A stretch of 64,000 nucleotides of DNA, taken from the sequence record OR670491.1; one strand, written 5' to 3'. How positions within the stretch are numbered: the stretch's first letter is position 1; the number at the start of each line of letters is the position of its first letter. Shown piece by piece: positions 37,279-45,436 of the stretch. A model generated the notes under the pieces. That model was not told where the DNA came from. It searched no databases and worked only from the letters and a program-made list of their open reading frames with translations. The position numbers and the translations under genes were made by a program.

Positions 37279-37479
37279 ATGTCTATCGCTATCGCCCTGG
37301 TTGAAGTACTGAAAGAAGCTAAAGCCAACCAGATCGACGTAAAGATCCAGGAACTACAAAACGGCTTAATCGGCTGTACTTGTACCGCTGGTGGAGCGGC
37401 AGACTATCGAGAACACGAATCACTCGAATCACTGGTTCGGTATCTTACCATGATCGTTGATGATTGGAGAATCATCTAA
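37279..37479 (+). CDS. hypothetical protein
   Basis: own cassette. Confidence 0.7.
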   Translation: MSIAIALVEVLKEAKANQIDVKIQELQNGLIGCTCTAGGAADYREHESLESLVRYLTMIVDDWRII

Positions 37480-37495
37480 CAAAAAAAGAATAAAA

Positions 37496-37576
37496 AAAGG
37501 GATTGACTCCGGTCAGTCCCTTTGCTATTATATACGCATAGACAAAAACTAGCCCACAGGGTGCATAGGTGTATCC
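37496..37576 (+). ncRNA. hairpin-embedded orphan promoter + CCCA-GGGTGC element
   Basis: TTGACT-17-TATTAT; CTAGCCCACAGGGTGCATAGGTGTATCC. Confidence 0.4.
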
Positions 37577-37725
37577 AAAATATATAGTTAATAACGGTGA
37601 GTAACTATCTGCTGGTGGAACTAAAACTATTAATAAAAAAGTATTGACAAAGTATATCAGTACTGCAATAATGTATCTCGTAGGGCGGCAATGGTGCGAC
37701 GGCCCACAAAGTTAGGAGATTCAAA

Positions 37726-38058
37726 ATGACTACTTCAATCGCTATCGTTAAAGCTTTCATCCGTACTAATGTTTCCTCTGTATTCATCGACGGCCTCGAC
37801 CGTAACGTAGAATACTCAATCATTATCGCACAAACGGCAAACGGTTCTCGGTACATCCTGAATGATAGTGAAGCAAATCACTACTACTTCACTAAAGCCA
37901 CTGGCTTTAAACGCATCGATGCTGATGTAGTATACGCTAAGATGAATAAGCTGGTAGACAAGATTAACGCTAAAGGTACTATAGATTTACAGTACTGGAC
38001 CGAAACCGATCCAGAATATGGATCTCACCGCTACCTGAATCCAGGTATCAAAATGTAA
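37726..38058 (+). CDS. hypothetical protein
   Basis: own promoter, AGGAG RBS. Confidence 0.75.
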   Translation: MTTSIAIVKAFIRTNVSSVFIDGLDRNVEYSIIIAQTANGSRYILNDSEANHYYFTKATGFKRIDADVVYAKMNKLVDKINAKGTIDLQYWTETDPEYGSHRYLNPGIKM

Positions 38059-38147
38059 AAAGTACTTGCATAGTACTTAGATTCATGTATAATGTTTTAC
38101 ATAGAGAGGGGGAAATGGTTCTCCCTCCTAAATTAAGGAGTATTGTC

Positions 38148-38549
38148 ATGACTTTTTCTATCAATTCTTATGCTGACGTTTTAGTACTGGCTCGGACTTT
38201 TGGTAAAGATGCACTGGAGTACGCTGTAAGTAATGGCACTATCCAACCGGAACAGTGCCGCATCATTGGAAACTGCAAACGTTGGGCGGTTTCCAATACT
38301 ATTGCACTGGAAAACTTCCACGATGGCAACAATGAATATTCTGTTGATGTAGTATTCGAAGCCGTTGATCTCGGCGGTATCTATAATACTAACCTGAATG
38401 ATGTGCGTATCGTTCGCACTGGGTTCGGTGCTTATGATGTATCTATTCGTGAAGCTATGAACACCGGATACATTAGCAAGGACTTACTTGCTCACATCAT
38501 GCAGCTGTGTACGGAACGTAACGAAGCACGCACTATCTTAGGACTGTAA
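38148..38549 (+). CDS. hypothetical protein
   Basis: ATG 38148 behind cassette. Confidence 0.75.
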   Translation: MTFSINSYADVLVLARTFGKDALEYAVSNGTIQPEQCRIIGNCKRWAVSNTIALENFHDGNNEYSVDVVFEAVDLGGIYNTNLNDVRIVRTGFGAYDVSIREAMNTGYISKDLLAHIMQLCTERNEARTILGL

Positions 38550-38573
38550 GCGTTACACATCACCAAACATCAT

Positions 38574-38595
38574 AGGCCGCCTTGTAGCGGCCTTA
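38574..38595 (+). terminator. possible terminator
   Basis: AGGCCGC-6-GCGGCCT, short T tract. Confidence 0.5.
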
Positions 38596-38617
38596 ACTAT
38601 ATCAGGAGTACATACAC

Positions 38618-38827
38618 ATGATCTATACAGTATACAGCGTTCTAGGCACTATTGCAGGCGTACATGATAACGTCGATAGTGCTATGCGTACAGTACTGCA
38701 ACAGGTTCCACTAAAGCCTAAGACCATTAAGCAGATGACAGCACGACTAACCAGGGCGACGGCTGGCGTGGAAGTATGGCAGGACTATGGGGATACACAG
38801 ATAATCGTAAGCGTAACGAAGGATTAA
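38618..38827 (+). CDS. hypothetical protein
   Basis: AGGAG RBS. Confidence 0.65.
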   Translation: MIYTVYSVLGTIAGVHDNVDSAMRTVLQQVPLKPKTIKQMTARLTRATAGVEVWQDYGDTQIIVSVTKD

Positions 38828-39002
38828 TGCGTAAAAGGATTTAGTACTGATGCATTTTAAATTTTAGTCATTTTTTAAAAACTACGCAAAAAAACTAAAC
38901 CAATACCTTAGCGTAATAGTTTAGGGATTGGACTATGTTTTTATGCGTGGGGGGGCTAGTATGGGGTAACCTTAGCTCGATCGTGAAGTAGCCCATAGGG
39001 TA

Positions 39003-39030
39003 TTGACTTTTTATATGGAACGTGTAAAAT
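39003..39030 (+). promoter_or_regulatory. sigma70-type promoter for family B cluster
   Basis: TTGACT-16-TAAAAT. Confidence 0.6.
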
Positions 39031-39060
39031 CTGAATGATATAAATTATCAAGGAGTCCCC

Positions 39061-39291
39061 GTGAAAAACTTAAGTAAAGATGAATACGATGAGTTACTTA
39101 TACGAACTGTTAATAAAGCCTTTGGAGCCGCTACACCGTTGATACGTTTGGATTACTTCCTTTCGGCTACTCTAGGAACTAACTATCAGGATTTTTGGAT
39201 AGATAAGTATATTGCACAACTAAAAGAAGATATAACTTACAAGGTAGTCAATTACACTATACAAAACGCTATTACTAAAGGTAACAAATGA
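39061..39291 (+). CDS. family B (GTxxQ) protein
   Basis: LGTNYQD; GTG start behind AAGGAG. Confidence 0.75.
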   Translation: MKNLSKDEYDELLIRTVNKAFGAATPLIRLDYFLSATLGTNYQDFWIDKYIAQLKEDITYKVVNYTIQNAITKGNK

Positions 39292-39515
39292 AAGTCATAA
39301 CACAAACACAAGCGTATTCACTTATGCTGCTTTACATGGATGACTTAACCAGTATCTCCCGTGACCTCAATCCTTTGATTAGGGGTCATCTGCAATGTGA
39401 GATTCGCATGTTGGCTGTACTGGGGACCAACTTTCAACTGGAGTACGTTGAAGAATATCTTTACGCACTGAAGAGGTATATTGCACATGAAGCACATCTC
39501 GCCGGACGAACATGA
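39288..39515 (+). CDS. family B protein
   Basis: LGTNFQL. Confidence 0.75.
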   Translation: MKVITQTQAYSLMLLYMDDLTSISRDLNPLIRGHLQCEIRMLAVLGTNFQLEYVEEYLYALKRYIAHEAHLAGRT

Positions 39516-39705
39516 AGAAATCATTAGAAAACTCACACAGCAAGCATTAAATCTGTATAACGATCCATCTAAAACATGGTATGAAAATAGAATCGCAGTG
39601 AGTGACTTATGGGTTCTGCACTTTATCGGGACACAGTATCAAGAAAGGTATCTGGATCACTTGATTGGACATTTACTGCAAGGAATTATAATTAAATGCG
39701 AATGA
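39487..39705 (+). CDS. family B protein
   Basis: IGTQYQE. Confidence 0.75.
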   Translation: MKHISPDEHEEIIRKLTQQALNLYNDPSKTWYENRIAVSDLWVLHFIGTQYQERYLDHLIGHLLQGIIIKCE

Positions 39706-39944
39706 AAATCCTAAGCGAAGTAGAATTTTCTGAAAGAATGAAACTAGGAAGAAACGCCAGATTAAAAGTCTACGATGAAGTGGAGTTAACTAACACACAA
39801 AGAGCCGTAAAGCGTATGGAAATAACATTACCTTACTTCCTTGGGACGAACTATCAGGAAACGATGATAATGAACTATATAAATGAACTTAAAATTCATA
39901 TCCATGAAACATATCAAGGTGTACTGAATGAAAAAACTAAGTAA
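39702..39944 (+). CDS. family B protein
   Basis: LGTNYQE. Confidence 0.75.
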   Translation: MKILSEVEFSERMKLGRNARLKVYDEVELTNTQRAVKRMEITLPYFLGTNYQETMIMNYINELKIHIHETYQGVLNEKTK

Positions 39945-40170
39945 TTACGATTACTTCAAACTATTGGACGGCATCAAAGGTGACATACGTTTAATTCATC
40001 AAACTGAATACATTCCAAGGGACGATAGGATTATTATTGTATCAGAAATGAAACTCAAACTCCTTGTGGGAACCGATAGACAGAATATCGCGGTGGACTT
40101 ACTTATATCATCCTTACGCAATAAGATATGGAACCAATATAATGAAGACAATCGACATAAAGGAATTTAA
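39928..40170 (+). CDS. family B protein
   Basis: VGTDRQN. Confidence 0.75.
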   Translation: MKKLSNYDYFKLLDGIKGDIRLIHQTEYIPRDDRIIIVSEMKLKLLVGTDRQNIAVDLLISSLRNKIWNQYNEDNRHKGI

Positions 40171-40369
40171 CATTAGACTGGCTCGAACTCGTGCACTAAG
40201 ACAACAGATTTTCTACGATACAAACACACCACAAACCAAAAAGGATGTTGCAATATCAGAGATTAACATGTATAGTACCTTGGGAACGCAATACCAAGAG
40301 ATGTACGTCCAAGAGCATGTACTGAACTTAAAAAAGGAAATCCAACATGAAATACATCGATGCCGCTGA
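40142..40369 (+). CDS. family B protein
   Basis: LGTQYQE. Confidence 0.75.
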   Translation: MKTIDIKEFNIRLARTRALRQQIFYDTNTPQTKKDVAISEINMYSTLGTQYQEMYVQEHVLNLKKEIQHEIHRCR

Positions 40370-40586
40370 AAAACAACGTAGATTAATGGAATCGCTTAAA
40401 GCATGTAAAAAGATTTTCAATGACTATACGATTACACATGAAGAACGAATGGTGCTAATCGCTGAAACCCGCGTTCTGGTTATGCTGGGAACATCTGAAC
40501 AGGAAGGTGCAGTTGAAATCTTACTTAAGGAAATGCAATTCCACTTAAAACGAAGAGGCAAAGATGAAACACTTGACAAGCGATGA
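40347..40586 (+). CDS. family B protein
   Basis: LGTSEQE. Confidence 0.75.
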   Translation: MKYIDAAEKQRRLMESLKACKKIFNDYTITHEERMVLIAETRVLVMLGTSEQEGAVEILLKEMQFHLKRRGKDETLDKR

Positions 40587-40851
40587 ATTGAATGCTAAAT
40601 TAAACCATGCGTTCACAGTAAGAACCAGAATTATGATGAACAAGAATTACAGCATAAACGAAAAACGTATCCTCTGTGTAGAAGCTACGATGGGTGTACT
40701 GTTGGGAACCACTAAGCAAGAGCATCACGTTAATCTTGTTATCTCGGAGTTACTCCAGGAAATCAAAGGTAAAATCTATATTCAAAATATGAGTAAAGCT
40801 ATCCACAGAAAGGATATTGACTCTATCGTATCTTTAAACAGAGAAATTTAA
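40564..40851 (+). CDS. family B protein
   Basis: LGTTKQE. Confidence 0.75.
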   Translation: MKHLTSDELNAKLNHAFTVRTRIMMNKNYSINEKRILCVEATMGVLLGTTKQEHHVNLVISELLQEIKGKIYIQNMSKAIHRKDIDSIVSLNREI

Positions 40852-41105
40852 TGCAAAATGAAATGATATACTTAACGAACGATGAACTAAAAGTAAGGCT
40901 CGTTAAATCCAGAAGAGATACCAATAACATCCCAAAAGACCCTATGCAATCACCCGCAGAAAGGAGTGCTGAAGTATTATATGCACAACTCTTGTACTTT
41001 CTAGGAACTGATAGACAAGAACATTACGTTCAATCCTGGCTTAGATACACTAAAATTACTATTCAAGAAAAGCTACATGAACAAGAATTTCCTAAGTCGG
41101 AGTAA
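40851..41105 (+). CDS. family B protein
   Basis: LGTDRQE. Confidence 0.75.
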   Translation: MQNEMIYLTNDELKVRLVKSRRDTNNIPKDPMQSPAERSAEVLYAQLLYFLGTDRQEHYVQSWLRYTKITIQEKLHEQEFPKSE

Positions 41106-41109
41106 TAGA

Positions 41110-41334
41110 ATGCAAAAACCTAAACCACTAGGAACAGCAGAATACATTGAACTAATGGCAGTGAACTTCTCTGCATTTAAGAAACTGCTACAAGAATCAA
41201 AGAATGATTTAGAGTATAAGATTAAGGGTTCTGATTTAAGATTGTTACTTACTCTAGGAACAGACATTCAGGATAAATCTGTTCAAGAGCATATCAGAGC
41301 ACTTACACATAGCATCTGTCATAAACATTCCTAA
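41110..41334 (+). CDS. family B protein
   Basis: LGTDIQD; ATG 41110 behind GGAG. Confidence 0.7.
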   Translation: MQKPKPLGTAEYIELMAVNFSAFKKLLQESKNDLEYKIKGSDLRLLLTLGTDIQDKSVQEHIRALTHSICHKHS

Positions 41335-41348
41335 ATCGGAGAAATACA

Positions 41349-41576
41349 ATGCAAGCCCAAATCAAAACTCTAACATCTAAAATGTATCACGATGGTTTAA
41401 TGAAGAGATCACCACAGCTACTGGAAATTTCCTCAAGCGATAAAAGTGATGAAGAGATTGAAATGCTCATGCAGGAAGTCAGACTAGATATCACGATAGG
41501 CACTGATGCACAATCAGAATACATTGGTTATTATATTGATTGTACTAAAGATTACATCAAGAGCCTATGCCAATGA
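41349..41576 (+). CDS. family B protein
   Basis: IGTDAQS. Confidence 0.75.
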   Translation: MQAQIKTLTSKMYHDGLMKRSPQLLEISSSDKSDEEIEMLMQEVRLDITIGTDAQSEYIGYYIDCTKDYIKSLCQ

Positions 41577-41624
41577 CATATTAGTACTGAATACTTAGTA
41601 CTAAATTTTAATTAGGAAAATAAA

Positions 41625-41978
41625 ATGAAAAACATTTGGGGAATTGAAAGTACTAGTACTAAACAAAATGATTTAGCACTTTCAGCGATTGGAGTGGAGT
41701 TTATTAATCTACAAGGAAAGACATTCTTTTTATCGTGTTCTTCTGATGATGACATTAATATGTGTTTTGAATTAGATAAACATAACATTTCTTTATCGTA
41801 CATTAAAAGTGAAGGATTATTATTATATAGAGTGTATGACACTTGTAGTACTATCAGTACTGTTTATTACATCCAGAATAATACTGGAATGATATTAGAT
41901 CAAAATGGAAATGAACACAATCTATTTGGTTTATCTTATAGGGATAGTTCTTATTTAATTTCAAAGATTATGGAGTAA
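41625..41978 (+). CDS. hypothetical protein (not family B)
   Basis: AGGA RBS; interrupts the family B run. Confidence 0.7.
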   Translation: MKNIWGIESTSTKQNDLALSAIGVEFINLQGKTFFLSCSSDDDINMCFELDKHNISLSYIKSEGLLLYRVYDTCSTISTVYYIQNNTGMILDQNGNEHNLFGLSYRDSSYLISKIME

Positions 41979-41981
41979 TTA

Positions 41982-42206
41982 ATGCACACAATAACACCAA
42001 AAGAACTATGGCGTAGGCTAGGACTAACTGCTACTAACTCTAGTCCAATCAGGACTGACCCAAATCTGACTGTCCTAGAGAAGCGTGTTTTAATGCATGA
42101 ATTACAATTGCACAAAACCATAGGAACAAACTACCAGGAACAGTTCGTTGGAATTTACCTTAAGAGTTTACAAGATTTAATTAAACAGAATAAAAGGACA
42201 TTATGA
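41982..42206 (+). CDS. family B protein
   Basis: IGTNYQEQF; close duplicate of next gene. Confidence 0.8.
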   Translation: MHTITPKELWRRLGLTATNSSPIRTDPNLTVLEKRVLMHELQLHKTIGTNYQEQFVGIYLKSLQDLIKQNKRTL

Positions 42207-42442
42207 GCATCATCTCAATAACCCAAGATGAACTATTACGTAGGATAGGACTAACAACTGCCAGTGCTATTGCAATTCGTAATAATCCAAACTTTACAGT
42301 ACTAGAAAAGTACGCTCTAATGTACGAAGTAAAATTGAATGCTATTTTAGGAACAAACTACCAAGAACAGTTCATTGAAAGTTACGTAAATGCCTTAAAA
42401 GATTTAATTGAACATAATAAAAAGGAATATACCAGAATATGA
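42203..42442 (+). CDS. family B protein
   Basis: LGTNYQEQF. Confidence 0.8.
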   Translation: MSIISITQDELLRRIGLTTASAIAIRNNPNFTVLEKYALMYEVKLNAILGTNYQEQFIESYVNALKDLIEHNKKEYTRI

Positions 42443-42684
42443 GAATCATTACATCTCAACAGTACAGAAACATTATGCTCAATACTATCCCTGATTGCAG
42501 GGCAATAGATAAACTAACCTTAAGACCTGATGAGCGAAAGTGCAAGTACTATGAACTTATGTACTTTAACTTACTGGGTACTAACTATCAAGAGCATCAT
42601 ATTAAAGCGTACTTAAATGTTTTAAAGGAGAGCACTGAATACCTTATTGAACAATCTAAGAAAGCTAAAAAGAGACAGAAATGA
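42439..42684 (+). CDS. family B protein
   Basis: LGTNYQE. Confidence 0.75.
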   Translation: MRIITSQQYRNIMLNTIPDCRAIDKLTLRPDERKCKYYELMYFNLLGTNYQEHHIKAYLNVLKESTEYLIEQSKKAKKRQK

Positions 42685-42941
42685 CAGCAATGAAAGAATT
42701 AAGACACGAAGATTACTTTACTTTTATTTCAAAGCACAACCAACAGTACAAAGAATTTAAAGAGCAGAGTACTTCCCATTATGAGTACTGTGTATTAAGT
42801 ACTGATTATACTTTAGGTTTTACAGTAGGAACTACATTACAGGAATACTCTATTGGTTTGCACTTAAATGCTTTAGAAAGATTAATTCAAAGTAAAGTCC
42901 TAGAACATGAACAAGAAAATAAAAATACTAACAAAAAGTGA
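42681..42941 (+). CDS. family B protein
   Basis: VGTTLQE. Confidence 0.75.
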   Translation: MTAMKELRHEDYFTFISKHNQQYKEFKEQSTSHYEYCVLSTDYTLGFTVGTTLQEYSIGLHLNALERLIQSKVLEHEQENKNTNKK

Positions 42942-43146
42942 ATACGCAGATATCATTTTCAATACTATGCACAAATACCAGTACTTAAAAGATAATTACG
43001 ATTCTATAGAGTTAGAAGTTAAAAAAGCAGACTTAGATGTATTAATAGCTTTAGGTACTAATTATCAAAAGTACAGTACTCCAAGATTAATAGAAGCATT
43101 ACTACAAGAGGTCCAAAGTAAATGCAATGACAATGACAATGAATAA
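42907..43146 (+). CDS. family B protein
   Basis: LGTNYQK. Confidence 0.75.
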   Translation: MNKKIKILTKSEYADIIFNTMHKYQYLKDNYDSIELEVKKADLDVLIALGTNYQKYSTPRLIEALLQEVQSKCNDNDNE

Positions 43147-43393
43147 GAACATAGTAGTAATACAGTACATGAGTTCTGTGCAGTACAAAAATGAAATTGC
43201 TAAAATGCAGAGCAATAGTACAGAAGACCGTTCTAAGTACTTGTGGTTAGTACAATCCAGAGAAATCGTTTTAAATAAATTTATAGGGACAGATGCACAA
43301 GAGTATTGCTTAGAGCAGTACATTGAAGCGTTGATGATGCACATCAGAGGTCTTAAGAAATTACGTTACAGTATTGACAGTACCAGAAAGTAG
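43127..43393 (+). CDS. family B protein
   Basis: IGTDAQE. Confidence 0.7.
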   Translation: MTMTMNKNIVVIQYMSSVQYKNEIAKMQSNSTEDRSKYLWLVQSREIVLNKFIGTDAQEYCLEQYIEALMMHIRGLKKLRYSIDSTRK

Positions 43394-43402
43394 TGCTATA
43401 GT
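43374..43402 (+). promoter_or_regulatory. sigma70-type promoter
   Basis: TTGACA-17-TATAGT. Confidence 0.7.
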
Positions 43403-43442
43403 ACCTGTACATTCAAGGTACGTTCAATAAAGGGTAGAGGTT

Positions 43443-43679
43443 ATGATTAAATTAGCATTCGGTATTGTAGTACTGGCACTTGCAATCAGCTTAGGTCTAG
43501 CTGCACTGGAAGTTAATGAATTAGAAGAGATGCATTGCACAAAGACAGGACAGAGTAGAGTTGAAACGGTTTTGATTCCCGTAACGGTTATTGTGAATAA
43601 TATGCCCATCACGAATCTGATTCCTACCCTAACGACAACGTATCAGTACACTTGCGATGACGGAGAGCGATGGAGATAA
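43443..43679 (+). CDS. small membrane-anchored protein
   Basis: N-terminal TM helix; two Cys in the soluble part. Confidence 0.75.
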   Translation: MIKLAFGIVVLALAISLGLAALEVNELEEMHCTKTGQSRVETVLIPVTVIVNNMPITNLIPTLTTTYQYTCDDGERWR

Positions 43680-43921
43680 TGCATTACAAACATCTTCCAG
43701 AAATGGAATTCAGACGCATGTCCAAGTCAATCAGACAAAAATACATTGCAACACAAAGGTACAACCTAAAGTACAAGCACAATATTCATGACGAACGATT
43801 GCTGTACGTAGTAGGGACAGAGTATCAGGATAGGGTTGTTAATTCATATTTGTACGCCCTAAAAGAGTACATCCTATATCTTTGTAATAACAACAATAAC
43901 AGTACAAAGGACATAAAATGA
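43670..43921 (+). CDS. family B protein
   Basis: VGTEYQD. Confidence 0.75.
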   Translation: MEIMHYKHLPEMEFRRMSKSIRQKYIATQRYNLKYKHNIHDERLLYVVGTEYQDRVVNSYLYALKEYILYLCNNNNNSTKDIK

Positions 43922-44238
43922 AATTTAATATCCTAAGAGTATCAAAAAGAGCGATTTATGCATATGAGTTTAATTATGATCAATTTGATGTAGATATCAT
44001 TTTGTACAAGAACAGCCAAGGTGAAATGCTTTTTAAGTACCAAAATAGTGAAGCAGATAATATTCCTTTACCGGATTTAACCAAAATGCAAGAGGATGAA
44101 TTCTTTCAGCAGAGCTTAGTATATGATATTGATTTTTATAGTATAGATATTCTTTTAGCTTTACAGAAAAAGATGCACGAAATCTTTAATGATTTAGTCC
44201 AGGGTGATGATAGCACAAGGTTCGTATTCTATGTTTAG
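43918..44238 (+). CDS. family C (FQxS) protein, short type
   Basis: EDEFFQQSLVYD. Confidence 0.8.
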   Translation: MKFNILRVSKRAIYAYEFNYDQFDVDIILYKNSQGEMLFKYQNSEADNIPLPDLTKMQEDEFFQQSLVYDIDFYSIDILLALQKKMHEIFNDLVQGDDSTRFVFYV

Positions 44239-44434
44239 AAACATAGATCCCAATCAGTACGCAACAATGTACAGAGATTATTGGATGCAAAGTTCCAGTA
44301 CCAAGTCCCTTGCGGAATTTCGTATGATATATTTTCTTGGTACAGAGAATCAAGAAGAAACGATGCTGGACTATATTGAAGTACTAAAGGTTGAAGTACA
44401 AGATGAATACATATTAGGGGTTATGGAGCAGTGA
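44231..44434 (+). CDS. family B protein
   Basis: LGTENQE. Confidence 0.7.
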   Translation: MFRNIDPNQYATMYRDYWMQSSSTKSLAEFRMIYFLGTENQEETMLDYIEVLKVEVQDEYILGVMEQ

Positions 44435-44925
44435 AATCGAGATTCGTTTCAGAGTTCAGTACAGACACGGTGTACGCTAAGGATTTAGTACAGTTATTAA
44501 TTTCATTGCTCAAGGCTAAGGATAATTCAGAAGTTCAAGATTTGTGTAGTTCTTGTATCCGATATGCAGGTGGTAATTTGTATATTAATATAGATGGATT
44601 AGATCGTCCTATATATAAACAATCAAAATTCATCCAAAGTTGGACATACATTGATTTTGATAGTACATATTCGGCGTACACAAAAAGAAGTACAAAAACC
44701 TTTTTTACAATCCAGGGTAAAACGTATAATTTATTAAAAGAGCCATTAACAGAAGAAATGTATTTCCAGATGCAATGCTTAGGATTAAGTACAGAAGCGT
44801 TAAATGCTTATGTGCTTATTGATGCTATGGATTATTTAGATTTAGATAAGTACGTTCCAGACGGATGGAGAATGTCTTTACCTTCGTTATTTGCAGTGTA
44901 CAATACAATACATGGGGAACCTTAA
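44431..44925 (+). CDS. family C protein
   Basis: EEMYFQMQCL. Confidence 0.7.
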   Translation: MKSRFVSEFSTDTVYAKDLVQLLISLLKAKDNSEVQDLCSSCIRYAGGNLYINIDGLDRPIYKQSKFIQSWTYIDFDSTYSAYTKRSTKTFFTIQGKTYNLLKEPLTEEMYFQMQCLGLSTEALNAYVLIDAMDYLDLDKYVPDGWRMSLPSLFAVYNTIHGEP

Positions 44926-45436
44926 AGTGAATTTTAATGTAATTGATGTTCCTGAATTAGCAAAGAAGATTCAAACAATCCTGTACATAGGTAGTTCAAT
45001 ACGAAGTACAGGTGATTTCATCAGGACAGATAAAGTAAGAATGCAAGGTATGCGTTCATCATATGATGTTAAAGGTATGTGTACATTTGATATGGTCTAT
45101 ACAAAATACGGAAAGGAAAAGAATGCAGTATGTTTATTATCGTTTCCACCGAACCCTATAGCACCGAGAAATCCTAACAATACATTATGGTACGAGCAAG
45201 GTGCAGATACAGTAGAGTTCAAGGGTGTATTTTATGATGTAGAAGATATTCCAGCAACAGAAGAAGGAGCATTCCAGTACAGCTTATTATATCCAGATGA
45301 TGTAATATTTTATAAGAAGTTATTTTGGGAGTTAAACAATTTACCTCATTACACCCCTAATTTTTCAATAGATCTGGAGTGCATTGATACCGTATACGAA
45401 AGTTTAATGGAGTTCATTAGTTATGAAGTACAGTAA
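44912..45436 (+). CDS. family C protein
   Basis: EEGAFQYSLLY. Confidence 0.75.
   Translation: MGNLKVNFNVIDVPELAKKIQTILYIGSSIRSTGDFIRTDKVRMQGMRSSYDVKGMCTFDMVYTKYGKEKNAVCLLSFPPNPIAPRNPNNTLWYEQGADTVEFKGVFYDVEDIPATEEGAFQYSLLYPDDVIFYKKLFWELNNLPHYTPNFSIDLECIDTVYESLMEFISYEVQ

Larger units (their letters stand above)
19490..38150 (+). promoter_or_regulatory. array of roughly 45-50 sigma70-type promoter cassettes, about half with a G-rich/C-rich stem-loop before the RBS
   Basis: TTGACA/TTGCAA-N16-17-TATAAT/CATAAT, then TTTACATC, GGGGAGAAATGGTTCTCCCC-type hairpin, AAGGA/GAGG RBS; e.g. 19497, 19956, 20635, 22641, 25249, 26760, 28029, 30764, 32052, 32321, 35181, 35672, 38065 (approximate). Confidence 0.9.

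Noticed and set aside
19490-38150. Repeat-unique-repeat pattern resembling a CRISPR array
   Set aside because: The repeats are promoter cassettes of variable sequence, the intervening segments are 150-700 bp protein-coding genes, and no cas genes are present.
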